NCBI RefSeq assembly: GCF_963676685.1
Contig: NC_092347.1
Span: forward strand, 82,460,001 to 82,524,000
Direction: 5' to 3'
Source: Mytilus edulis
Taxonomy: Eukaryota
DNA: 64,000 nucleotides
Within the stretch, counting starts at the first letter, position 1; the number at the start of each line of letters is the position of its first letter. The translations under genes and the position numbers were made by a program. The notes under the pieces are model-generated. The model was not told where the DNA came from. It did not search any database and worked only from the letters and a program-made list of their open reading frames with translations. Below, one piece after another: positions 1 to 13,510 of the stretch.

Positions 1-370
1 TTATGTTTTTTCGACTCAATATTTTGATTGTACTTTGGTACGTGATTACCTTATTGCTGTATTACATGTATGTGCAGGAAATCTGCGTCTGAGTGTATTT
101 TGAATAAACAGTTGAATAAGACAAGTTTGACTTGGCAGTCAGTTCATGTCACAGACTACTATTTGTTTAATCTTATGGTAAAATTGAGAATGAAAATGTA
201 TACTGGGTCAAAGAGACTACAACTCGACCAAAGAGTAGAAAACAGCCGAAGGCCATCAATGATTCTACAAATTAGAAGTAGTTTGTTCTACATCGAGGTT
301 TGAAGGATAAAGCTTGGGTCACGTGTTTGTGTTAAATAAATTATAAATTACATTTTTGTACGAGACTTAC

Positions 371-415
371 CATTCGGAACCAGATATTTACTGTAACGAT
401 CTGTTCTCTTTCATT
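371..415 (-). CDS. nAChR-like (Cys-loop receptor) subunit gene A, coding exon 3 (45 bp, NEREQIVTVNIWFRM); gene continues beyond window start
   Basis: cag acceptor (418-416) and gtaagt donor (370-365); 45-bp phase-0 exon matching the conserved nAChR exon DEKNQxLxxNxW. Confidence 0.85.
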
Positions 416-802
416 CTGTAACAAATGATAATTAAAGGTGTTAAAACATATTTAAAATAAAAACTGTGGCTGTCAAAGGTACAACATGTAGGTTTTTATG
501 TTTTTAATGTAGTAAAATTGAGAAGATAAAGACTACTTTCTTTATTCTAACATATGCTTATTAAAAGTAAGCATTGGCATTTCTCGTTAATAAAACTATG
601 CAACAGCTTGTGCCCCATTATTTATACTTTACGTTAACCTTCCTTTTTCTTTTTTTTTTTATCTTTTCTGTCTGGAAATAAAAATCCGTTAGTAATTGTA
701 GGTATCAACGACTGAATTTTTCGTTTATCAGGAGTAGGAAAATATGTCTTATAATCCTACTTCTCCGAAATAATACCCTAGAAATTAAAAAAAAAAGAAA
801 TA

Positions 803-1244
803 GAATGGAATTCAAAACAGTGTGGCTGTGGCCATTGATTGACACATTAAATTCATCCATTGACTGGGACAATTTAGGTGAACGTTTGTATGTAACGACC
901 ATGCTCACTATGTACTTTTTAAAGACACTTAAACTATGGGGTCACCAAAGGTTCTCAACACCTTAATAAAGTAATTCGAAAAATTAATCAGAAATAACAC
1001 GATGTTTTGATTTATATCAATTATATAAATCGAAGCATAAAGGTTATTCCTGATGAATTTTTCGAATTATTTTATAATTAAAGGCGTTAAGAAACCTTTG
1101 GTGACCCCACAGTTTAAATGTCTATCGTAGGTACGTCGTGAACAGTGGTCGTTACAGACAAACGTTCACGTAAATTGTCCCAGTCAATGGATGAATTTAA
1201 TGTGTCAATCAATGGCCACAGCCACACTGTTTTGAATTTCATTC
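803..1244. mobile_element. Fold-back MITE (near-complete palindrome), TA-flanked
   Basis: Arms gaatg(g/a)aattcaaaacagtgtggctgtggccattgattgacac... are inverted over most of the length; TA on both sides; second copy at 43910-44360. Confidence 0.85.
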
Positions 1245-2759
1245 TAAAAGGTTTGAGCGATAAAAAAAAAAAATGTTTACAATTCAAATTCACATTAACA
1301 CATCTTGTATGATACATAACCATAAAATGCATATCTATATACCCTATTTTAATGCTGCATTGATTCTGAATAAAGAGAGATGGGGGTAAACGTCTATGCG
1401 CTATCACTAATATATCATTTAATTTCTACATCCTTGTGTGCGACAGAGTTAAGATATCATCATAGATCAAACAACTGATATGTTCACTCTCGCAAATATG
1501 TATCTCATTAAATTGCATTATATGTCTAGGAATACAGGTCCATTTATCCTGTACATAAATATACTATAACCATTTTATATTTATTAGTGCATTATGGCCA
1601 CATTAATGTTTCATTATGATGAATCAACGATCTGAAATTTGTTGACATCGGAGGGGAGGGATTTTGATATACAAATAAAACGGTTTAGTTGCCAATGTCT
1701 CACATATCCAACAGAAACTGAATGTAGATGTAAACAACTGCAGGTCAAAATGGAAGTCCTTCAAAAATCAGCAAAGTCCATATCATTTACTCAGCTATTT
1801 AAAAAGACTACAACATGACAAAACGTAAAGCATTGCAACCGGTAAATCCAACTATGTATGTACAATAAACACGAAAACAAACTGTCAAACACCAACCAAC
1901 CAACCAACAACACTCACTGAACTCCTGGACATTATTGACCTAGACATTTTAATATACATGTATATAATACATGTTCTGTTTTTTTTAAAAGAAATTGGAA
2001 TCTTTATATAAATGAAGAGACAACTATTTTTTATACGATTACAAGACTAATATCATCTAACAAGAGACATGTTCTCACAAAAGATAAATATTAAACGGCA
2101 AAACTTCAAACGTGTAGGAATATAATAAACCAATTATTTTACAGATCAAATACATTTTTTCGAAGAATGATACTAACTAGAATTGCTTACTCCTGAACTT
2201 ACTTTTACTACATAGAACAGTGGTGTAGCAGTACAACATAAAAACTTAAAAAAAAAAAAAAACTTGTCAGATCGATACAAAGTAGAAAATATCTCTTACA
2301 AAAATACAGAGAGTACGTGGCAGAGTACTAATACATCCCCACAGCAAAAAAAGAAAAATAATTCGTGTGGCATTTTTTATCACGTAAGAAACAAAGGTAA
2401 TTCAAGAAATACGATTAAATGCGATGTTTTGACACTTCTGAAATGACAATTTATGTCTGAAAAATTTCATCACAATGTCTTTAATGAGTTCTACACAGGC
2501 GTAATGCTTAAATACAAATTACATTCATTATCGCAATTTTACGAAATTTTCATTCGTTCTTACTGACTTATAATTTCTTTTTTCAGCACAGTAGAGTGAT
2601 ATGAAACAGTGTCGCTAAAAACTAAGGGCGCACGTGTCGTTATCAATAGCAATATCAAGGTAAAATAGCAATAAACAGATTATCATTGGTTATCTCAACT
2701 CGAATTCACCTCTCACTATCCAATCTTCTACTAAGGTGTATAATGAACTTGTTACTTAC

Positions 2760-2914
2760 CACATCCATAACTTGTCTGAGTGCCGTCTGCAGCTTAACTG
2801 TAACATTCCCGCCATTTTGACAAACTGGTAACAAATCTATCGTATAGTTGGTATTCATAAATAGATGTTGGTACAACTCTGTTGTGAGTAGCTGTGTTTG
2901 TGCCAAGTACATCC
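2760..2914 (-). CDS. nAChR-like subunit gene A, coding exon 2 (G-MYLAQTQLLTTELYQHLFMNTNYTIDLLPVCQNGGNVTVKLQTALRQVMDV)
   Basis: tttgtag acceptor and gtaagt donor; 155 bp, phase 1 to 0; N-terminal helix, NY..P and V.V..LRQ..DV pattern of the Cys-loop ligand-binding domain; joins exon 371-415 in frame. Confidence 0.85.
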
Positions 2915-4649
2915 CTACAAAACAGGTTTGAATTATGCACAAAATGACGCATAGAGTAGATGTATACATTGCGAAAGTATCACTGCTGTTAACGTCTTAT
3001 GTTAGACAAATGCTTCAAGTTTATAATCTTCCTCACGACAACTGGTGTGACTACAATGATAAATTATCCATGTACAAATTGCGGATCATCGTTTATGCTG
3101 ATCTACGAATCAGGATTCTATTATTTCTCATCGTTTGCTAGTATTAATTCCAATCTAAATTTATATATATATTGTCCATGCAAGCAACTTTTATTAATTA
3201 TTTATTTTAACTAGAAACTTCCATTTATTACTACGGATTTTAAACGAACGTACAAAACTTCAAATCAGTATTATAGCAGAGTTTTTTTTTAAATTTCCAA
3301 GCCCATTTGTTTCCTTATTCAACAATATTTGAGTATCGATCAATATAAGCGCACAGCATAACTGTTATGATGAATTTCCACAACTATAAGTTATAGATTT
3401 TTCTATTATTAATTGAGCAACTACAAGTATAGATATTCTAATTGTAATTAATAATAGATGTTCTAATGAGGTGATTACATGTATTACAATGTCATTAAAT
3501 TAAGTTCTAAATGTTCCCTGACATGATAATTTCATTTAGACGTTTAGAGTATGGTTGACGTAGAAACAAACTGAGTATTCTCTGTAACGAGTTGAGACCT
3601 GATTTACACATATTTTATTACCAATGTTATTTCAAATGATCGGGCGGAGCTTACGTTTAATTTGCATAGGGACAGTCTATTTGAAGATAATGACATAACA
3701 ATGATACAAATCTTTTGAATATAGAATATTGAAGTGCTATCTAAGTTTAATTTCGATATATGCATATTTACATTTTTTCTCATATAATAGAAAATAGCTT
3801 TTATCATTTTGTATATTTAGTCGAATAATGATGTGTATATTTCATACAAAGGTCTATTTTTCATGAATGGAGGGTAAATATTCTAGACTTAAATCGATCA
3901 CAGGGTCAGTTTTCAGTGGGGACGCTGACGTTGTTTAAAATAAAACTTGTTTTCTAAGTTTCGAGTTGATTGGACTACAATTTCATCAAAAACTACCTTA
4001 ACATAAAACTTTAACATGAAGCGGGACAGACGGACGGACGATCGGACGTACAGACCGAAAAATGTAATGCCCCAAAGTGGGACAAAATACTACTTTACCA
4101 AATTAAAAAAAAAAAAATTCTGAGTTCATATTAGAATACACATAATGCAGTTGATATATAAAATAGTCAAAGGCGGATTGAGGGCGGATGCAATCTTCAA
4201 TCTATTCTTTGTTTATTCTTCATTGTTTTTTTTTATATCACATTGCCACATACTTCGTAATCGTTTAAGTTGAAACATGTCTGAATTATATCATGTGTAT
4301 AAAGTATTTATATTATAAATGTATGTGTCAATTTTCTTTAAATTTGGTAGAAAGTAAACTGGCAAATAACACGTACTATGACTTCAAAGTTGTTTATTAT
4401 TTACTTCGGCATATTAAAATCTATTTTATTATAAAGATTTTAAATGAACTCTTACTTTTAAATCGATTTAGTTTCATTTTTTTTTTATAATTCTTTTATA
4501 CGGCCTGAATACAAAGAAATAGTAATTTCAGAATTTTTAAAATGTGTAACTTTAATTATATGTAAACTGTTTTAATCAAGCGGAAAATGTAATGTTTAAA
4601 TGATTCGCAACACGAAAGTTGGTATTCTTGATGATTGTAACTGTGTAAC

Positions 4650-4704
4650 CATGGAAGTAATATTGAATATTACTTCCATGGTAATATTGAATATTACTTC
4701 CATG
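4650..4704. mobile_element. 55-bp palindromic mini-element, P-superfamily-like (CATG...CATG ends, 7-bp TSD)
   Basis: CATGGAAGTAATATT-G-AATATTACTTCCATG plus a 24-bp partial duplication; GTGTAAC at 4643-4649 and 4705-4711. Confidence 0.6.
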
Positions 4705-5212
4705 GTGTAACTAAGATAAAGAACTTTTATTTATCGCTTGATTTTTAATTGGTACGATTTCTCCTTAGCATGGTTAATATGTCCAGTGAAAATCAAATAT
4801 AACAAATGAATGAACAACTTGGATTAGGAAAAATAGATCATATCACAGCAATCTGATTGACACAGAACTTGTATTTTAATCAGATTATTCACAACCATTA
4901 GAAAATAGAGGTATATATAAGATAGGGTAAGGCGCTCTTTATACGGATCACTAACGATGTGTTAACAAACCAAATGCATGGCATGCTATATTACACATTT
5001 TTTTTTAATTTCTTTTAAAAGTTGAAATGCTATGTACCACTATGTACAGACGTAGGAAAAGGAAAGTCTTAAAAACATTAATCAAACTTATAAATAATGG
5101 TTGTCATTTGCATTTAACTGACTTCGTTTAACTATAATGAAAACTGACACTTTAATTTTGCATTTTTCACTTACATGTGCATACACGTTTTCGTATCTCA
5201 CTAAAATGACAC

Positions 5213-7896
5213 ATTGTAAACCATTATATATTTTAATTTATTATTTTTAATTGCGTATTTTAAACTTACAGATAATGTTTCAATAGTTTAATATTACACT
5301 TCCCTTATCAAGCCAAGTCTTGTATTAAACAATGTTTTTATAAATTATATTTATGAATAATTGAACTACAATTGTATGTACATGTATATCAACAATAAGG
5401 TCCGGGTTCATCATAAAGATCTATCACTGCCAATGTATAATTATTATTATTTAAATTAAATGTTCATAAAACCGATCTAATCCGTATTTCTATGCCGACA
5501 GTAACTTGTAAGTTGTAGCTACTGCTGGGCTGACACCGTTGTTATCCATCCTCGGGGACCATCAGTGTTTCATGTATATGTTACAGTAAATAGGTGAAAT
5601 TAGGAATTACATGTAATTACTAAAATTTAGGAATTACAGGTAATTCCTGATGCACTTAGTTAATACAAGTAATTCCTTAAACGGCCCAGTTATTACCAGT
5701 AATTACTAATTTTAAAATGAATTTTTACACCTATTTACTGACTGCTAAAACAATGTTGTATTATGGTTAGATGATCAAAAGTTAGTACTCTTAAAATTTT
5801 GAATGGTTGATTTGTATAAAAAAATCTATTGAATAAATATGGACTTTCAAATATTTGGTTAAATCAGAGTAACTTTAGTTTTAATCCAAAATGGTTAAAG
5901 TTGACCATTATACAGATAATTTTTTACCAATTTCAGCAGACATGGAAATCAGAAATGGAAAATTCTCCCAAAGCATTATGTTTTAACTTTTTAAAGAAAA
6001 CTTTGAATTTGAAGAATATTTAGACTTATTACCTTATAAAGATAAGATAAAGTTATGTCATTAGCTTCTAGATATAAAAAAAAAATAAATATCTTTTTTT
6101 TGTTGTTAAATCATTAATAAAAATGATATAGTGAAATTAGAATTCACTGTTAGCAGCCAATCTGGTTCTATTTTGTTAAATTAGCTGAGAAACAAGGTTG
6201 ATGAGTTGTGCACTTGCGAGTGAATATTTGGACCTCATTGAATACCTTCAATTCAACCCCTAGCTGGAGATGGGTTATTGATGTATTAATCTATTAAAAT
6301 TGTAAGGGTTTTGCAGAACAAATAGTCTCGCCTTCTTTTGCTGTTAATCGCAGGCTCAACAAAAATGAGGGAAAAATATTAAAATTTTCCTCTAGATACT
6401 ATCTTTTGACTAGTACTGTAAGAAGCTTCTGTCAAAATTGGGTAAAAATACAGGATGGTTTATAAATTCTAATGTTTTAAAAACTTTAACTGCAGAGTGT
6501 ATGTAATGTTAACTGGGGAAAACTAGTCCTTTTATAAGTAATATACGAAAAAAAAGGATTTTTTTTTCAAACTTTACTTTTGGATATTATCTTATGATCA
6601 TAAGCATTAAGCTTCTGTCCAAGTTTGGTAGAAATCCAAGATATTTGGAGAAAATGATTTTAAAGTTTTAAACCACAGTGCTTGACGGAGATTTTAGTTT
6701 AACAAAATTATGAAAATCAATTTTGAATTGATATCATTGTCTTGCATGCATATATTTACGGAGTTTCAAAACCTATAAAACAACCATTTTCCAGTTTCAA
6801 TACATAAAACACTAAAGAGTATGCACTTTTGATGTGTCTTATATTCCAACATCCCTAAGTAAGCTCCCTTAAAATACCCTACCCTTTACTTTTTTATTTG
6901 GTATCTTGAATTATGTTTTGAATTTTAAAACAAAAACATCAAGTTAGTAAATAGCTGTAAAAATGACATTAAAAATCAGTGATTACCAGTAATCACTGAA
7001 ACAACTAGTAAATACATGTAATTACTAAATTGGTTAGTAATTACAGGTATTTACTTAAATGTTTAGTAATTACATGTAATTCCTAATTTCACCTATTTAC
7101 TGTAACATATATATTAATAATATTAAACGGCACCAATTTATCGTTGCTGGACTATTTGGCTATTATCCGGGCTTAATTGCCTTCTTCTATTAACTGTAAA
7201 CAACCGGGTTTCTTTTTTTTCCCCGTTTTCCTCTCTTTTTTCCCAATTTTCAATATAATAGATAATTTTTTGAAGAGTTGACTATCAAGATATATGAAAC
7301 TTTAAGGTAGACATCTTCTGAGATTGTAAACCATTATATATTTTAATTTATTATTTTTAATTGCGTATTTTAAACTTACAGATAATGTTTCAATAGTTTA
7401 ATATTACACTTCCCTTATCAAGCCAAGTCTTGTATTAAACAATGTTTTTATAAATTATATTTATGAATAATTGAACTACAAATGTATGTACATGTATATC
7501 AACAATAAGGTCCGGGTTCATCATAAAGATCTATCACTGCCAATGTATAATTATTTAAATTAAATGTTCATAAAACCGATCTGTTCCGTATTTCTATGCC
7601 GACAGTAACTTGTAAGTTGTAGCTATTGCTGGGCTGACACCGTTGTTATCCATCCTCGGGGACCATCAGTGTTACATGTATTATATTAATAATATTAAAC
7701 GGCACCAATTTATCGTTGCTGGACTATTTGGCTATTATCCGGGCTTTATTGCCTTCTTCTATTAACTATAAACAACCGGGTTTCTTTTTTTTTTCCGTTT
7801 TCCTCTCTTTTTCCCCAATTTTCAATATAATAGATCATGTTTTGAAGAGTTGACTATCAAGATATATGAAACTTTAAGGTAGACAACTTCTGAGAT
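5213..7896. repeat. Local tandem duplication of a ~570-bp segment; first copy interrupted by a MITE
   Basis: attgtaaaccattatatatttt... starts at ~5213 and ~7323; copy 2 shows the empty site near 7675-7690. Confidence 0.85.
5579..7107. mobile_element. Non-autonomous TIR element, Ginger-like (TGT...ACA ends, TATA flanks), carrying a LINE-like remnant at ~5800-6050
   Basis: ~45-bp TIR tgttacagtaaataggtgaaattaggaattacatgtaattactaaa; TATA at 5575-5578 and 7108-7111; absent from the duplicated copy. Superfamily inferred from termini only. Confidence 0.7.
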
Positions 7897-8222
7897 TAAG
7901 TTGAAGGCTTCAGAATTTTGAACAAAGACATGTAATGGATGAATTAACAATTGACACAGAAAGATGATATTCCATACACAATGAACCGAACACACATATT
8001 AACTGAAGTGCAACCGATGAAATATAAAAAAAAACCCAGGGGGTCACATATTGGTAAAAAAAATCAACTCTAACTTAATGTAAGTTAAAACATGAAATTT
8101 TTTTTTCAAATAAAATATAAACACAAATAAAGAAGGTGGATCCACTCCACAAACGCCTGTGTTTTCGCCTACATGATTGAAATTTTCTAAATTGGCTTCA
8201 TACAACTAAAACTATATAATAT

Positions 8223-9290
8223 ATAAGATGAAGATGATCGCCAATGAGACAACTTTCCACAAGGGACCAAATGACGCAGAAATAATCAGATTATAGTCAA
8301 CAATATGGCCTTCAACAAAGAGCAAAGTCCATACCGCATGCATAGTCAGCTTTTATAGGCCTCGAAATGACAAATGCAAAACAATTCAATCGAGAAACAT
8401 AACAGCCTAATTAATGTACAAAAAGTGAACAAAAAAAATCGCAAAACAGCAACAAACGATAACCACTGAATTACAGGCTTCTAACTTGGGACAGACACGT
8501 AAGTCTAAGATGCACGATTGTTTTATTTGTTGTAAGTGGGCTTTTAAATAGCTTTCAGTAACTGCGAGTACTCTCAGATCTGTACTAAGTGTCTTTTTCT
8601 TGTTGGGATATACAAGTACCCGGCCACGTTCACTTGTATTTGATTTTTATAGTTCGTTCTTGTTTTGTATTTTTATACCGCTGTCCCGTGCTAGGGGTGG
8701 TTGGAATCCCACTTACATGTTTAACCTCGCAACATATGTATGTATGTGCCTGTCCAAAGTCAGGAGCCTGTAATTCAGTGTTTGCCGTTTGTTTATGTGT
8801 TACATATTTTTTCATTTTAGGCCGTTTGTTTTCTTGTTTGAAGTGTTTAACATTGGCATTTCGGGGCCTTTAATAACTGACTATGCTGTATGGGCTTTGC
8901 TCATTGTCGAAGGCCTATAGTTGGTAATTTCTGTGTCATTTGGTCTTTTGTGTAGAGTTGTCTCATTAACAATCATACCACATCTTCTTTTTTATATATT
9001 ATGTTGCGGGGTTAAACATCCTAACCCTTCCTTCACCTTTGACAGTGGTGTAATAGTACAAAATAAGAACGAACTATAAAAATCTGTCGAAAAAGACTTT
9101 ACTCTTAGATGGATACAAATAGAAATACACATATAACAAAAACAAAGAGTAGACGTGAGTCTGACCGGATACTTTTACATCCCAACAACAAAAAGACATT
9201 AAGTGCAGGTTTGACAGTACTCGTAGTTACTAACAGCTACTTCAAAGCCAATAACAATTTATACAAAAATCATGCATTTAAGACTAAAAT
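8223..9290. repeat. Cluster of fragments of a high-copy dispersed SINE-like repeat in both orientations
   Basis: agatgtggtatgattgccaatgagacaac...aaccactgaattacaggctcctgacttgg motif recurs at ~19557-19990, 44930-45100, 59555-59850 and 62090-62350. Confidence 0.7.
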
Positions 9291-11759
9291 GTCATACATA
9301 TTTGACGGTCTTCTTTTCTGTATTTTCCAATTTTTTAAGCCTTTTCCCTCTATGCTTTACTTTTTTTTTGCCAATTATTCTCTATTCCGTAAACAATGGT
9401 AAATCAATCACCCTCGTATACATGGTATATGGGATAAACTTTATATAGCAATTACTTTGATATCGTATATGAAATAGCTCTTTTTTCCGATCATGCTGAG
9501 AAAGATGGTTTGAATGATTGAAATATGATGCAAAGCTATCAAGCTGGACTTCGGAAAGGCTCTAGACGATGAAATCCATACAGAGATTGAAAAGGGAATA
9601 GCATCTAATGACAAAACATTATTGCTAGTACTATACTTGCTCACATAACAGAAATGAAAAACAGTTTCAAAACTCTATCCAACAGAAGTTAGAAATGAAA
9701 AAAAAGAACAAACGTTCTCCTTTTTCTTTCTGTTGTGTATTTTTTTAAAGCTCAAGAAACCTTTGTTAGCAATAAGACTGTTACAGTATCTAAAGTACAA
9801 GCCGCATGCATCACCGAAGTAAATAATAAAAAAAGCTAAAAAGTATAAACAATTTATACCCTCGTTTGCCATCAATACTTTCATATCCGCTGATTCACAA
9901 GTTTAAGCTATAGAGACCGTTCTCGACTAAGATTTGAAAAATACTGCATGTGTTACAATTAATCATGCTGAATTACAGTATCTATAATTATGTATATCAA
10001 GTACTGTTTTTAGTCTGAATTTTTAGTATTGGTATTTTCAAATAAAAAACCCCGATACATTATGTATGCTAATACAAAATATAGCGCAATAATATATACT
10101 AATAAGTATATTATTTTTTTATTATGTAGCGATGTTATTTAGCTGATATGATGCGGTTAGTTTTCTCATTTGAATTGTTTTGCATTGATCATTTCGTGCA
10201 TTCGAAGCTTTTTTCTTTTCGCGGGAACTCTGGAGGTCAGAACAAATAGACAAATAACAAATTACAAAATATGATATTCAAAACTAAAATCAAGCACATC
10301 CATACTACCCCCCCCCAAAAAAAAGACAATCGCAAAAGGGTGGAACTCATGTTATCCAGAAGTATCCCGTGCAGTATCATGTAAATCAGAATTACCCCTT
10401 TTATTGTTCCCTGCCTTTACGAATCAACTAATAAAGATTATACATTGCTCAATATAAAAAAATTAAATGAACCAAGCAGAAAACTTATCGTACTATCAAT
10501 GTTATAAGTTCAAATTGAAATAAAATAAAAGTAGCAACCTGCTGGAGACGACCAACCTCCTCATTAGGAATACTTTAGTAGTTTATGATCTTATATATAT
10601 ATCAATGAAAGTGTTTAGAAATTGTAAGATTAATATCTGCATGCCATGAAGTACTGTTTTAATGATTTAACACCAACACAGCTTTGTGTAAAACGTTATA
10701 TGTACACATGAGTAGATAAACAAGCTTCCATGCATCCGAGGTATTAACCTATTTTTTTAAAAAGGTTTTGATAACAAATTACAAACATTGTCATGTAGCA
10801 ACCATTTTTATATCTGGGCCATGGTCTTGTAGCGTCAAGCGTCGTATTCTTTAGACAACTATTAGATACATCTCATCTGTGACATTTGCACCCAGAGTTA
10901 AACATGTTAAACCGAAATTATTATCCTTTTTCGTAGGCCCTAATGCGCAAACAATTACAGGATGTTATGCAATTCTCCAACGAAATTTTTTACTTTCCAC
11001 TGACTATAGAGCAGTGGGTGTGATAATTTGGTTTTTATGAAAGTTTGTTGGGATTTCAAAAATGTATGCATTTAAGTAAGTAAACGGTTGACTGCTTTTA
11101 TACACAAAAGATTTAAAATATATCAATTCTTTTTCGTTTTTACCTTTGTAAAATATTATTCATGGCTAACTCTCCAGCGGAGACACGTTATTGTTAATAT
11201 GATTTTTAAAACACTTGATGACAACTTTTATATAATATATATATAAATATCTTTGAAATAGCCTCATTGAAAGTACAAACTTTTCAGTCGAACAAGTTTA
11301 ATTACTTCATGCATCTGTTCAGCTAATTAACATCGCGCAATAAATGACAATTTACAATGAAATGTATCCGTTGTCTTCTTAAATGATTGCTATCATTCAT
11401 TGAAATGTAAATCGGTATTTAATAAGGCTGTTACAGTCACGGAAAGAAACACAAATTAATGTATATATACACAATTACAATTTTCGGATAAATCTCTGAA
11501 CACCCATACTACGCTAATTTAAAGTCATATGAAACTTCAAATTATATTAAAGTTGAATATGATTTATTCATTTGACTATTTTTAAAACAAGTGTGCGTGA
11601 ACTTTGGAATTTTTGAAAAAAGAAAATCAGTTATATAGTCTGGAAGGTAAATAGTAAAAACTTATTTTTTTTAAAGAACAGATTAAAAACACAAAATTAT
11701 TTAACAAAGTTACCTACAAATTGATACGCATGCAAACTATATGGTGTTTTTTTTTATCA

Positions 11760-12684
11760 TTAACCAGATTTTTGTGACAAAAATGTCGGTTATTGGTTTG
11801 TGATGTACGTCGGGCGGCCGGCCGGCAATCACATGTTGTCCGTGCATTTACTCATGAACCGTTTAACCAAAGCTTTTAAAATTTTAATATGTTGTTACTG
11901 ACAACTAAATGAAGGTCAAGTTCAATAATGGCGATTTTTACTCTTACCGTTCATGAGTTATGGTTCTTGAAAGATTGAAAAATGGAGTTTCCATTCGTGT
12001 CCGTGCACTTACGCATGAACTGTTCTACCAAAGCTTCCCAAATTTTAATATGTTGTTACTGATGACAAAATGGAGGTCAATTTCAATAATGACGATTTTG
12101 ACTTTTACCGTTCAGGAGTTATGGTTCTTGAAAGATTGAAAAATGGAGTTTCCAGTCGTGTGAACTCGTGCATTTACGCATGAACTGTTCTACCAAAGCT
12201 TCCCAAATTTTAATATGTTGTTACTGATGACAAAATAGAGGTCAAGTTTAATAATGACGATTTTGACTTTTACCGTTCAGGAGTTATGGTTCTTGAAAAA
12301 TTGAAAAATGGTATTTCCAGTCGTGTCCGTGCATTTTCTCATGAACCATTCAACCAAACCTTTTGAAATTTTTATATGTTGTTACTGATGACAAAATAGA
12401 GGTCAAGTTCAATAATGACAATTTTGACTTTTACCGTTCAGGAGTTATGGTTCTTGAAAGATTGTAAAATGGCGTTTCCATTCACGTTGTTGCATTTTCT
12501 CATGAACCATTCAATCTAAGCTTTTCAAATTTTAATATGTTGATACTGAGGACAAAATGGAGGTCAAATGTGATATTGACGATTTTCATTTTCACCGTTC
12601 ATCACTAATGGTTCTTGTGATATTGCCAGGACACAAATAAATATTAATAAATCCGGTTTGCTGTCGTTGTGACAGCCTCTTGTT
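11760..12684 (+). mobile_element. Helentron-associated (HINE/pearl-like) non-autonomous element with ~5 internal tandem copies of a ~161-167 bp unit
   Basis: Unit gtccgtgcatttac(t/g)catgaac... at ~11838, 11999, 12166, 12325, 12488; GC-rich microsatellite-like 5' part; 3' hairpin gctgtcgttgtgacagc followed by ctcttgtttt. Confidence 0.7.
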
Positions 12685-12939
12685 TTTATATAAAATCACT
12701 TATTTTTTACGTGCTCCACGTAAACTTCGGCAACCAACTCGATATTTAATTCTCTTGCGATCAACGATCACTGAATGAACTATTATTTCTCGATAATTAC
12801 GGTACAGATTCGTCATAAATGTAAAAAACATATATACAGGACTTGGTTTATTCAAGGAGGTTGTATGAGAAACTTCTCATATAACGTCCTTAGTTTATTG
12901 TATATGCATTTATTGGTTCAAGGAGGGGCGAAATATATC

Positions 12940-13510
12940 AAAAGGACAGTCAAACTCGTAGATCGAAAATAAACTGACAACGCCATGGCTAAAAAAGAAA
13001 AAGACAAACAGACAAATAATAGTACACAAAACACAACAAAGAAAACTAAAGACTAAGCAACAAGAACCCCACCAAAAACTGGGGTGATCTCAGGTGCTCC
13101 GAAAGTGTAAGCAGATTCTGCTCCACATGTGGAACCCGTTGTGTTGCTTATGTTATTACAAATCCGGTAAATATTCTAATTAGTTAGGTCACATTCGTCT
13201 TAAGGGAAAAGGATTGTAGTTACGACTTAAGGAACATAACCGATATCATCTATGAAACGGTTATTCCATAACGGTCAACCAACTCGTGATGGCGTCCTTA
13301 AAATTTACAAAGGGATGATTTCAACTTAACCCTTTGGAACTCGTGGTTTAATAGCTTCCTTTTGAGCAGCAATCCTCTATTGAGGAAATCATGATACGAA
13401 ATACAAGCCCGGGAATATCGTATCAAATGGCAGATATATACTCCGTATGCAGGAGCTGCTGGAATGTTGCTAAATAGAAACGTAAGGTTTACAATTGGGA
13501 CGCTGAAATC
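12940..13510 (-). mobile_element. Penelope-like retroelement 3' fragment
   Basis: Reverse complement encodes degenerate ...KLKSSL.KF.GRHHELVDRYGI; homologous to 15518-15955, 43410-43737 and 47562-47711. Confidence 0.7.

Noticed and set aside
9441-9890. Short ORFs with coding-like composition
   Set aside because: No motif and no consistent splice structure.
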